Positions 1 through 10,582 of a stretch of 64,000 bases of DNA are shown in pieces. Numbering within the stretch: the first letter of the stretch is position 1; each line of letters begins with the position of its first letter. The stretch is from Rebecca billardiae RCC1528 (lineage: Eukaryota > Protista > Haptophyta). The notes beneath the pieces are model-generated. The model was not told the DNA's origin, made no database searches, and was given only the letters and a program-made list of their open reading frames with translations. The stretch covers positions 1,922,001-1,986,000 of the forward strand of contig OZ251229.1 in assembly GCA_965240325.2 (NCBI GenBank), read 5' to 3'. The translations under genes and the position numbers were made by a program.

Positions 1-338
1 GGACGCGGCTGGGCTGGGCCATCCGCGGGCGTGGTCGGCCAGGCGTCGTCCGTCTCCGTGTCGTCGTCGGCTGGTCCACGCCGCGCCGCCCAGGCGGCGC
101 CCTCCGCCCCGAGGCCCGGACTCTGCTCTGCGGCCGAGCTCGGCTCGGCCGCAGGTGAGTCTGGCAGCGTGCGCGCCGGGCCGTCTGCCGCAGCGGCCTC
201 CGCGCCGACCCTGTCGGTGCCACGGCCGCGCCCGGCGGAGATCCCAGCGCCCTCGCGCGCGCGGCCACGCCCACGACCGCTCGGCGGAACCGACGAAAGG
301 CGCCGCACGGCGCGCGCGCCGGCGAGACGCATCATCAT
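1..338 (-). CDS. 5' part of a hypothetical protein running off the window; Arg-rich N-terminus resembles a mitochondrial transit peptide
   Basis: ATG at 338 opens a stop-free frame to base 1 (MMMRLAGARAVRRLSSVPPSGRGRG...). It is divergent from the J-domain gene and absent from the ORF track because the window edge truncates it. Confidence 0.5.
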   Translation of the reverse strand, partial: MMMRLAGARAVRRLSSVPPSGRGRGRAREGAGISAGRGRGTDRVGAEAAAADGPARTLPDSPAAEPSSAAEQSPGLGAEGAAWAARRGPADDDTETDDAWPTTPADGPAQPR

Positions 339-560
339 GGCGACCGACGACCTGACGCAGCGCGGGAGATGATCAAGAACGCGGCTTTCGGCCTCTCCCC
401 CGGCTGCGGAGCCACCAGTCCGGAGTTCCGGGAAGCACTGGAGAGCGCACAGCAGTCCTGCCGCTGGAGCACTGCAGTCCTGCACGTCTCGTTCCGGAAG
501 CCTGGTCAGGACTCAGGAGCGAAGTCGTCCGGGCTGGGGAGCACGCCGCGCTGAGCGGCC

Positions 561-2283
561 ATGGCGTCACGCGCGCTGGGCGTGCTGGCGCTCCTCGTAG
601 GGGCCGCGGCCGACGAGGACTTTAGCGCGTACCGCGCGGCGATGGAGAACGTCGTGCTCGGTGCCGATGCGGCCGATGCCGTCGCCGCCGACGATTCGCC
701 GGGCGGTACCCGCAGCGCGCCCGCGGACGCGCGTGCGCACCCGGCGTTGCAGTGCCTCGACGAGTTGCGCCGCGCGGTGCGCGAGCTGTCGGTGGCGGAC
801 CCGGACAGCGCGGGCGCCGACGGTGACTTAGATGCAGACGCGGACGATCCGCCCGACGGGCGGTGGCAGCCGTGCGCGGACGCCGTGCACGGCGGCTTTG
901 CGCTCGTGGCACACACGCTGCTCAGCCTGATCACGCTCACGCGCACGGTACTCTGGCGCGCGCTCCGCGCGCTCTCGTCGGCGCTGAGCCGGCCGCGCGC
1001 CGTGCGCTCGGCGCGCGGCGCGGCGGCTGCGCTGCTCCGCGCATGCGCGCGCTCGATCGAGACCCTCGCGCGGCTCGTCGACGTCCGCAGCGACGTGCCC
1101 CCGCGAAGGCCGGCCCCGGCCGCTGCTGCAAGCGCGAGGCGACCGCCACCGCCGCCACCGCCGCCGCCACCGACGCCGCCACCGACGCCGCCACCGACGC
1201 CGATGCCGACGCCGCCGGGCTCCTCGCGCGCGCCTCGGAGCAACCCGCCCGCCCAGCGCACGGGCGCGTCGGCGCGGCCGGACGGCGTGCCGCCACCTCT
1301 CAAACCGCCGCCGCCTTCGCCCCGCCCTCGCGTGCCTACGCCGGAGCGTCCCAATGGCGCGGCGCGGCGCGCGGCGGCGCCCTCCGAGTCTGGCGCTCCC
1401 CAACGGTCGGCGACTGCCTCGGAGCCCAGCTCTGCCTCGCCCGGCGTGGCTGCTGCCAGCTCCGCGCCCGACAGTCCGGACGCCGCGGCCGAGGAGGCGC
1501 GCCGGATCCTCGAGCTGCACGCGCGTGCGCGCGAACAGCAGGGCGTGGGCACGGAGCCTGATGCCTATCAAGTGAGCGCGCGCGCGCGCGCGCGCGCGCG
1601 GGGCGCGAGCGCGCGCGTGGGGCGCGCATGCGCGGCACCGCGGCGGCCCTCACCGCCCGCCGCCCCGCCCTCCCCGCCCCGCCCGCCACCGCCACCGCGT
1701 GTGCCCACGCGCGGCGCCGGTGCTGAACGTGCCGAGCGATGCCAGTCGTGATGCTGTGAAGCGCGCGTTCCGCCGGCTCTCGCTCGCGCTGCATCCGGAC
1801 AAGACGGGCGCGGGGTCGGCCGATGACGAGCGCACGCGCGCATTCCTGCTGGCGCAGAGCGCGCACTCGATCCTCTCGGACGCGGCCGCGCGCGCGGAGT
1901 ACGACCAGGAACGGCGCGGCGCGGGCGGGCGGCGTAGGGGAGCGCGCGCACACGGTTCGGGCGGCGTCGACCCGCGCGAGTATGGCTCGCCCTGGGCCGC
2001 CGGCCACGCTGCCTGGCACGCCCCACGCTGGGAGAGCCCGTATTACGGCGACCCCTGGGAGGACCTGTGGGATGCAGCCTTCCTCGCGCGGCGGCGCACG
2101 GCCGGCTGGTACGGCGTGGACGAGAGCTTCTTCGGCGTGCATGGGGCCCGGCACGCAGCCGCGGCCGGCGCGGGGTGGTACTCGATGGACGATGCCGACG
2201 ATGCCGACTACGCCGCTGCTGCGGCCGCTGCTGCGGGAGCCTACGAACAGCGCTTCGCCGGGGCAGGCGGAGAGTACTATTGA
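561..2283 (+). CDS. Signal-peptide, Pro-rich J-domain (DnaJ type III) protein; exons 561-1571 and ~1720-2283
   Basis: Hydrophobic N-terminus. Splicing gives DAYQ|VLNVPSDASRDAVKRAFRRLSLALHPDK...AHSILSDAAARAEYD, a J-domain with HPD. GTGAGC donor at 1572; the acceptor is non-canonical (see findings). Confidence 0.8.
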
Positions 2284-3596
2284 AACTACGATGACGGTGC
2301 GTCTATTGATGATGTCTGAGTATCAGTGAGTGTCTGACGGTAGCTAACTAGATATATAGATATCTGCTGCTACTATTTAAGATAGATGGATATTAATTAA
2401 ATAATATATATATATAGTTATTGGGACGCGGCCCAGACTTGATTCAACTGTCTTGATAGTTGATCATCTGCTAGTTGGCTGACTATCACTTATCCAGTCA
2501 GCTAAGCAGGGTCATCCGAGACATCTAACCCGTGCGGAGTATTTAAAAACGCAAGTCGTACTGACACTTACAGTAGTCAGACTCGTCACGCGGGCCTCCA
2601 GCTAAGGAGCTCGGCGGAGTTCGTGGCACCTGACAGTCGTCATGATGATCAAGTGATGATGCTTCGTCATCTGTAGATTGATATAAGAGATTGGCGTCGA
2701 GTGCATTGCGTGACGCCGCGTGTGCCCCCGCAAGTACTGGTACGCCCCCCCCCCCCCCCCCCCAGGTGAGTCTTCTCGCCGCCATGCTGATGGACTCGAG
2801 CTGGGAGACGAGCGATATTATGATCTGAGAGCGCATGCATATTCAATAAATAATAATAATATGTACTAGCTATTCGGCACGGCACCGCCCCACTTAATGG
2901 GAGTGGCTTCAAGTGCCAAGTGCACGCCCGCCGCCATCATGCAGTTTGTCCTATATCGATCGACCGGGCGCTTAGAAACGCTGCTTTTCACGACCCCACC
3001 GCTCGAAATTGCCTATTACTACCCGCATATTCGGCTCATCGTAGCGGGTAACTGTCCGTTCTGGGTCAGTCGTCCTCGGTCGGTCGGTCCTGGGAAGCTG
3101 TAACATCGACAGCCTTCCATGCACTTTGCAATGAGCGGCTGAGCGCCGTCGAATACCCGCCTCACCGCCTGCCCCCTCCGCGCGCCCCGCAGAAGCAGGG
3201 CCGCTTACTATTAGACCGACCGCCCTTGCTATTGGACTGGCCAAGCTCGACTATTGACTGGGCGCCTGGGCGGGCGCCGAGCTTCGAGCTCCGCCCGCGC
3301 TCACATTTGAAGTACTTCCAAGCCCAGTTCCAAATAGGCCGGCGCTGCCAGCGCGACCCGCCGAGGTACTCGACTACTTTCCCGCCGATTAAGTATTTGG
3401 GCCCGCCACTGCTGCACCCCCCCTGCAGCCCAATATTGGTGTCGGCGCGCCTCTACTATTTGGGCCGCGCGCTCGAGGACGGCTCGAGCGGGAGCGCTTG
3501 CACCGGCGCCCCTCTTCAGTGGCCAGCGCCGGTGTGTTGAGGAGTCGAGCTCACGTAGCAGGCGTGTCAACGCGGGTGTCGCGGGCCTCGCTGAGC

Positions 3597-5874
3597 ATGC
3601 TGCGGGTCGCGTGCATCGCGGCGCTTGCGGGCCTCGCGGCGCCGAGTGCGCCATTCGCGTCGGCGGAGACCGGCGTGGATGCGAGCGAACACAAGGAGCG
3701 CGACAGGTGCGCACGCTCGCTCGCCCGACACTCGGAGCCCGCGCGGCTACGGTCAGCCCCGGCTACATCGGGCGACGCTCGTGCGGGCAGGCGGGCGCGC
3801 GACGGTTGGCACACGGTGGTGCTGGGCGCTCGGGAACGGGACAAGGGGCTCACGCGAGCGTTCCCACCCGCGCACCGCGCGCGCGCGCCGCGCGCCGTGG
3901 ACACGATCGCAGCCGTCAGCTGCAGGCAGACTTCACGAACCGGCAGGGGAATGAGATGATCTTCAATGATCCGACGTACCTCAAGGGGACTGAGGGCGAT
4001 GACTACTACGTCGGTACGTACGCTGGGAAAGTGCTGCAGGGGGATACCTTGGACCCGCAGTACAACAAGCTCCAGGGTGGCAAGGACGGTGACGACAAGC
4101 TCGTCGGTGGCGACGGTGGCTACGGCGGCAAGGGCTTTGTCGGCAACCCGGTCTGGAACCACCTGAAGGCTGGCGTCGGTGACGACGAACTGGTCGCTGG
4201 CGACGGCGGGCGCGGTGGCGACAATGTCTTCCAGCCGGGCGGCGCTGCTTTCAACGTGCTGAACGCCGGGCATGGCGACGACTACATCAAGGGTGGCGAC
4301 GGCGGCGACGGTCGGCTCTTCGCGGCAGGCGGCGAGACGCGCAACTACGTCCTCGGCGACAAGGGCGACGACTACTTCGTGGGCGGCGATGCTGGCGGCA
4401 CGGCACTCTACGGCAACGGCGGCGAGGCGCTCAACAAGTTCGACGCGGGCTCGGGCGACGACTACTTCCACGGCGGCGACGGCGGCAAGGTGTACGGCCC
4501 GGGCAACGGCGGCGACGCCCTCAACCTTTTCGACGGCGGCACCGGCCACGATCACGCGCTCGGCGGCAGTGCGGGCACCACCTACCACTACGTGCGCCCA
4601 TTTAAGAACACGTACTACAAAGACGCCACGGGCGGCAACGTGCAGAACGACCTGAGCGGCGGCCTCGACAGCGACATCCTCGTCGGCGGCCACGCCGGTG
4701 ACGCCAAGGGCAAGGAGGACAAGCTCGACGAGAAGTCGATGTACTCGCAGGGCGGTGACGTGACCAACACGCTCGACGGCGGCAGCGACGACGACGTGCT
4801 CATCGGCGGCAATGCCGGCGAGGCCAACGAGGCGGGCGGCAAGTACGACGACGTGTTTGGCGGTGACGCAACGAACGTGCTGCACGGCGGCGCCGGCCGC
4901 GACTACATCGTCGGCGGCGACGGCGGCGACGGCGACGGCGCGTACGACTACGGAGGCTACGCGTTCAACTACGGGTACGGCGGCACGGGCGACGATCTGA
5001 TTGTCGGCGGCCACGCCGGCAACAGCGAGGACGGCGGCTACGGTGGTAAGGCGTACAACACGCTGCGCGGTGGCGCTGGCACGGACATCATCGTCGGCGG
5101 CAACAACGGCGTGGACGACGGCAAGCTCGGCACGCCCGGGCAGGTCCGGAACTACCTCTACGGTGCGTGCGCGCGTACGCCGCGCATGGCCCGAGTGCTG
5201 CCGTATGCGCGTGCTCGGTGCGGACGCGCCAGACTCACCGCGCATGCTGCGCCCCCGTCCCGATTGTTCCGCGCAGGTGGCGAGGGTGATGACTTCATCT
5301 ACGGCGGTGTCGGCTACGACAAGATTGTCGGTGCGTCTCTCACGCGAGCGCGTATCGTGCGTCGGTGCTCGCTCGGCGGCTGATCCGATCACCGTGCGCG
5401 CGCGCGCGCGCGCCCTCCGCAGGTGGCAAGGGCGCGGACACCATCTACGCGATTGACGGTGCGTACGATAAGATCTACACGGACGGCCACGACAACATCT
5501 TCTACGACAAGGGCCTCGACAAGATCATCTATGTCACGCCCACGCCATCTCCAACGCCCACGCCCGCACCAGGACGCGAGACACCGATGCCGCACCACCC
5601 GCACATGCCGCCGGGCCGCGAGCCGCCATCCATGCCCGGGATGCCCGGCGGCATGCCAGAGGATGACGTCGCCGTCGAGTGCCCGAAGTTCTGTGTTCCC
5701 GAGGACGAGATGCCGCTCGACGAGGGCATGGATGGCAGCCTGGGCCACCACGCGAAGGGCTACTCGCACCGCTCGCTGCTCTTTGGCCACTTCCACCTGT
5801 GCCCGAAGGGCTGCGTCTTCGACTACGTCAACTACCCGCAAAAGAGCATGAAGAAGCTCCGTCGGCGCCACTAA
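3597..5874 (+). CDS. Secreted protein with RTX/hemolysin-type Ca2+-binding GGxGxD repeats, a Pro/Thr linker and a Cys-bracketed C-terminal motif; exons 3597-3706, 3913-5162, 5277-5330, 5423-5874
   Basis: Signal peptide MLRVACIAALAGLAA. About 14 GGxGxDx(L/I/F)x nonapeptides. Three GT-AG introns with matching phases join the ORF-track pieces. Confidence 0.85.
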
Positions 5875-6204
5875 TCCCCATGCGCTGCCTCCGCGCATCG
5901 CCCGTGGCTGTTGACGGCGAACGTGCGGTGAGCGGTTCAACTCGAAGCCGCTGGCGCCGCGCGTCTCTGCAGCTTCAGCAGTAATGCGGAGGCATTATCT
6001 GGATCAGCCCCGCAGTCAGCGGCGCGCGACTCCACGCAGACGTACGACGAAGATGACACGGATACTCATTATCATACTCGTCATCTAGCTAGGCGCTAGC
6101 GCTACTGATAGGTACATACTCTGACGCCTGCCCGTTGCATGCCACGTCCGTTAAATATATATCGTTAATAGAGAGAGAGAGAGAGAGAGACAGTAACGTC
6201 TTAA

Positions 6205-7560
6205 CCCCTATTGTGGAACGATTTTCGGGTTTTCCGCCCCTAGGGCGAGGTAGTGCGGCTCGGCGAGCGATCTTAAGGTGTCAGGTGCTGGCCATGGGTC
6301 CTACCGAAGGGACCATACACCTCTGAGGGTGCGGAACTCGGAACTCGCCCGCGTGCGCGCGCGCGCGCGCGCGCGCCCGCGGGGTGCGTCGACGGGTCGA
6401 CTGACCCCTATTGTGGAACGATTTTGGTTCCTCGCTCAGGACGGTGCCACTGCTGGCTCCTGAGCGTTCGCAGTCGGCCCACTGGCGCTCGCCGGCGCGC
6501 TGGTGGTGTGGGCACCCGCCCTCGACCCCGCAGCCGCCGGGGGGCACGTCTTGCCCGCGCGAACCCTCTCCACGATGAGTGGCGGTCGACGAGTGTGTCC
6601 GTCATCGACACTCGCTCGCCTTCGCGTGGCGCCTGAGCCGCCGCCGACACCACCGCTTCCAGGGCATGCTGGAGAGCGTCGAGAAGGGCGCGCCGCTACG
6701 CAGGAAGAGAAGCGCCGCATCGATGCCGACCTGCCGCGTGGTCGGCGCGAAGCCGAGTAGCGCTATCTCCGCGACCCAGTTGGTGTGCATCTGCTCGACC
6801 GTCACAGCCGCTCAGCCGCGGCTTCAGCCTCAGCGGCCTCGACGGGCTGGTCGGGTCCTTCACCATCCGACAGAGCGTGGCCCGTTGTCACGGCATATGA
6901 GCCGAAGTCGGCGACAGCTGTGCCCTCACGCCAGCTCCCCGCTCTACACACAGTCCCTGATGGCTGCATCCGCCGGGTCGTAGTCCACTCGCGCCCAGCC
7001 GCTTCGCGCGGCGCGGCTCTCGCGCGGTCGGCAGGCGATGAAGCTGCTTTGCGGGGTTGGGCGTCACCTGACGGTCCGGCGCCTTCGGCTACGCGTTCAT
7101 CATCGCCACCAGTCAGCTCGCGCCGCCGCACCGCCCCCCGCCGCGGCGGGGCGTCCTCAACCCTCCAACCCAGGAATCAGCCATGCTGACCTGACCCAAT
7201 TCGTGTCACTCGCGCTCCATCCACGAGTGCGCGGCAGCGGCAAGCCGGCTTGATTCCCTGCCCGGGCTGCTTTCGGGGAGCTCCCAAAAATACCGTGCGC
7301 CCCTCCCGACCGGCAGAAGCTTCGGCCTACAGGAGCCGAAAACCATTTTTTCACACCAGATTCTCAGCTCTGACTCCAGCAAACGATCAGCAGCGGACGG
7401 CGCTGGGGTGGGGCTATGGCGACGTTCTTGGGCTCGTTGGACGCGCCTTGGCCAGGCGCACACGGCGGTAGCCGCCGATCTCATCGCCTCCGCGACATCC
7501 GAGCTCTACATAGGGAAAACTGGCGCCGTTCCACAATAGGGGTCCGTTCCACAATAGGGG
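6205..7560. mobile_element. Non-autonomous piggyBac-like DNA transposon (1356 bp)
   Basis: Perfect 16-bp TIRs CCCCTATTGTGGAACG (6205-6220 and 7545-7560) flanked by TTAA (6201-6204, 7561-7564). Internal copies of the motif at 6405-6420 and 7527-7542. No transposase ORF. Confidence 0.88.
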
Positions 7561-8426
7561 TTAAGACGCTATGCTGGCCGCGTCCGTCGCTGCGATCGCA
7601 GCTGTCGTCTCTACGGTGCCATCGTCGCGGGTGCTCCGGGTAATCCTTGAAGTTGAAGGGCTCCGCCGTTCGCCTGCCTCGTCACGCCCATGGATGGGCA
7701 GATTCGTCGAATGGCCTCAGCGTTCATCGCGAAGAATAGTCGTCGCAGAAATCGCTTGGGTCTGACCATTGCGCGCCGCGGCCGCACGGGCCCGGGGCGC
7801 ACGCGCGAGGTGTGACCAGGGCTCACTCACACTGCCTCGGACGCCAGCTTCCTCAGCCGATTGCCCAATTGCCGTCGCTAAGATGGTGGCGTGTCTCACC
7901 GCAAGCGTGTCAGGAAGCAATTTGCTCGAGTCTGCCGCGCCGCCTGGTGAATGCCACCCTCGCCGACCACGGCGCGCAGGCTGTCCGTTGGCCTGAGTTC
8001 GGCTGCTCGGCAGGCCGCCTTGTGCGGGTGCTCGCAACGCTGCCCGCGCCAGAAGTCGTCGCGCCGCTCGCGTTAGGCCTCGTCAACGCGCGCGTCGCTA
8101 CGCTCGTAGTTGAGATGCGCTACGTCACCCTCAAGGCCGAGCTGCTCGCGGCCGCATACTACAACGAAGCGGCGCCGAGCCGTGCGGTTGCACCGTCAGA
8201 CACGCCCTCTCCGCGCTGGACGAGTGGCTGCTGCCGCCGCTGTGGAGGCATGCAACGCCGAGCGCATCATAATTATTCGGCAGCCCGCTTGGCGAGTTCG
8301 TGCCGTACGCCGCACACCTCGGCGCGGCGGGCGCGCCGCGGCGGCGCGAGGGGTGGCGCACCGATCGATGATGACCGATGACGATGCGCCGAATCGGGCC
8401 GACGTTGATGACCGCTGACGAGGCTT

Positions 8427-10212
8427 GTGATGCAGATGCTGCATCTCGTCGTGCTGTCGGTCATGGCGTGCGGCACTGCGCTTCCTCCCAACTCGGTCAG
8501 CGCCCAGCCGAAGAGCTTGTACTTGCACCAGAGGCATGCGCTCAAGCTCGCGCTCAAGTGCCCGGGCAACTGTCGGTGTGTGTGGAACAGCGAAAGCGCA
8601 CAGCACGGAGCGCGCGAGCCGTGCGCGCCAGCGACAAGCATCACGCCGCCGTCGGAAGCGTCAGAGGCACTGCCGCAATGCCTCCTTCTTGTCGATCGGC
8701 ATGTGCAGAAGACAGCCGGCTCGACCGTCCGGACCGCCTTCCAGCTGGCCGAAGCGCAAGGCTGGTGCCGGTACTGGGGCTACACCCTCTCCTCCGCTGC
8801 CGTTGAGCGGGTCCTCGCGCACATGCGCGGCAGGCGCGCGGGCGAGCGCTTCCGCGTGTGCGCGGAGGTACACGTCATGAATCGGCTATCGGAGCGTGCG
8901 TCGGCACGCACCGGGCTCAACTCAACGGCGCCACACCCGCAACGCGGCACGGCACCCGAGCTCGCGCGTCTGCTCGGCCCGCTGCACGCGTTGCGCGACA
9001 GCGGCCGCGCCAACTGCACGCTCGTCACGTCGCTGCGGCTGCGACGGCCCGTCGACTTCTACCGCTCGTACTACGAGTGGACGGTAGCGGGCCACGCCTT
9101 TCGGACTGAGCGCCCGTGCGCAGAGGAGGGAGCCCAGGGTGCCGTTGCCGCCGACGCGCCGGGGCGAGCCACCGGCGCTCACTCGCCCGGCTGCTCAGCG
9201 ACCGACTTTTTCGTCCGGTGGGTGCGGCTGGCGCCCAACCTGCAGGCGCTCTCGCTGGCGCACGGCGTGGGCGCAGATCACTGGCGGGAGTGCGCCGACG
9301 AGCCTGGGCGCGCCTGCCCGTGGTCGGTGGAGCTCGGCACTCCGGGCCTCGCCACGGCGCGCGCACTCAGCGATTCTGAGCTGGCCGCAGTCACGAAGGC
9401 AGTGCGAGGTGCGAGCGGCGCGCGCGCACCGCACCCAGCCCTCCACGGCGTGGGCGAGCGCGCGCGCGCGCGGCCCACGCTGAGCCGCGCGCGCCATGTG
9501 CCCCGTGCGCCCCGCAGAGGCTGACGTCGCCCTGCCCACCGAGCACATGCCCATCTTCATGGCAGCGCTCCAGCGAGCAAGCGGGCTGCCCGCGCTCCCG
9601 AGCGCGCGCATCCATCCACCTTCGCACATGGAGATGATCCAAGATGGCTGCCGGCGTCACCCGAAGCGCAACTCGCGCGACGGCGGCGTGCGCGTGGACT
9701 GCCGGGCGGACGTGCAGCACGCGCCGTCCGGTGCGTGCCGCTCAGCCGCTGATCGCGCGCGCTGCGCCGCCGTCGTGCGCGAGCACGCGCCGCAGGACGC
9801 CGCCCTGCACCAGCTGGTGCTGCAGCGTCTCCGCGCACTGCTGGCAGCAGACGGGAGCGGCGAGCTGCGCGCGAGCGCGGCGCGTCACGCGCGGCCAGCG
9901 ACGAATGGCAGCGTGTTCATGGGCAGCCTACCTCGCCCAGCCCGCTGCTGCACACGGCGGACACGGAGACTGCCGGGGATGGCTACACAGGCTGCAGCGC
10001 TGCGGACTGGGCCGCCATCAGTGGCCCAAGATGCAACCGGTGCTGAGAGCGAGGCAGCACGTGCGCGACGGTGGATGGCGGACGGCGAGTGTTTGACCGT
10101 GCCACCGGCCGTGGACCATCTGATGCTCAGGGAATCCACGGGTAGTCCACTCAAGGGCACAAAGGTGAGCGTCCCGTGTCGACCCATCAGGCAGCAGCTG
10201 AGGACGAGGTGA
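8427..10212 (+). CDS. Sulfotransferase-family protein with N-terminal signal/anchor; exons 8427-9408, 9518-10212
   Basis: 5'-PSB-like HVQKTAGSTVR and 3'-PB-like LRRPVDFYRSYYEW motifs. A phase-1 GT-AG intron (9409-9517) joins two ORFs. Confidence 0.7.
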
Positions 10213-10582
10213 GCCCGACTCCGAGTCCGACGCGCTGCTGAGTAGTGCTGGCAACACAACGGCGGACTGACACTGCGCGACTACAGTATACTGTAGTTAG
10301 CTACTGCGTGATGCCACTATATAGCGGGCTGATTTTATATATATAGGCTCTTAGCAGTCATCAGAGTCATCATGATCAGCGCATGATGATCAGTCTCGCG
10401 TCAGCAGATCGGCGACGGAGTCGTCCCGCGCAGGAAAGTGAGTGAGGAACCCTGCGCGGACTCCTGATGATGACTGCTGTCGTCGTGTACGTCGTATAGT
10501 AACTCGCTAGAATAGCAGCTTGAAAGTTCGTCCCGTCAGCAGTACGACGACGTCTGCTTCAATGCATGCTGACGCATATAGA

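Noticed and set aside
425-500. TTCnnGAA heat-shock-element-like words upstream of the J-domain gene
   Set aside because: Only two-unit matches, which are too short to distinguish from chance.
7812-8381. 189-aa ORF upstream of the sulfotransferase
   Set aside because: No ATG start, no recognisable motif and no clear splice structure.
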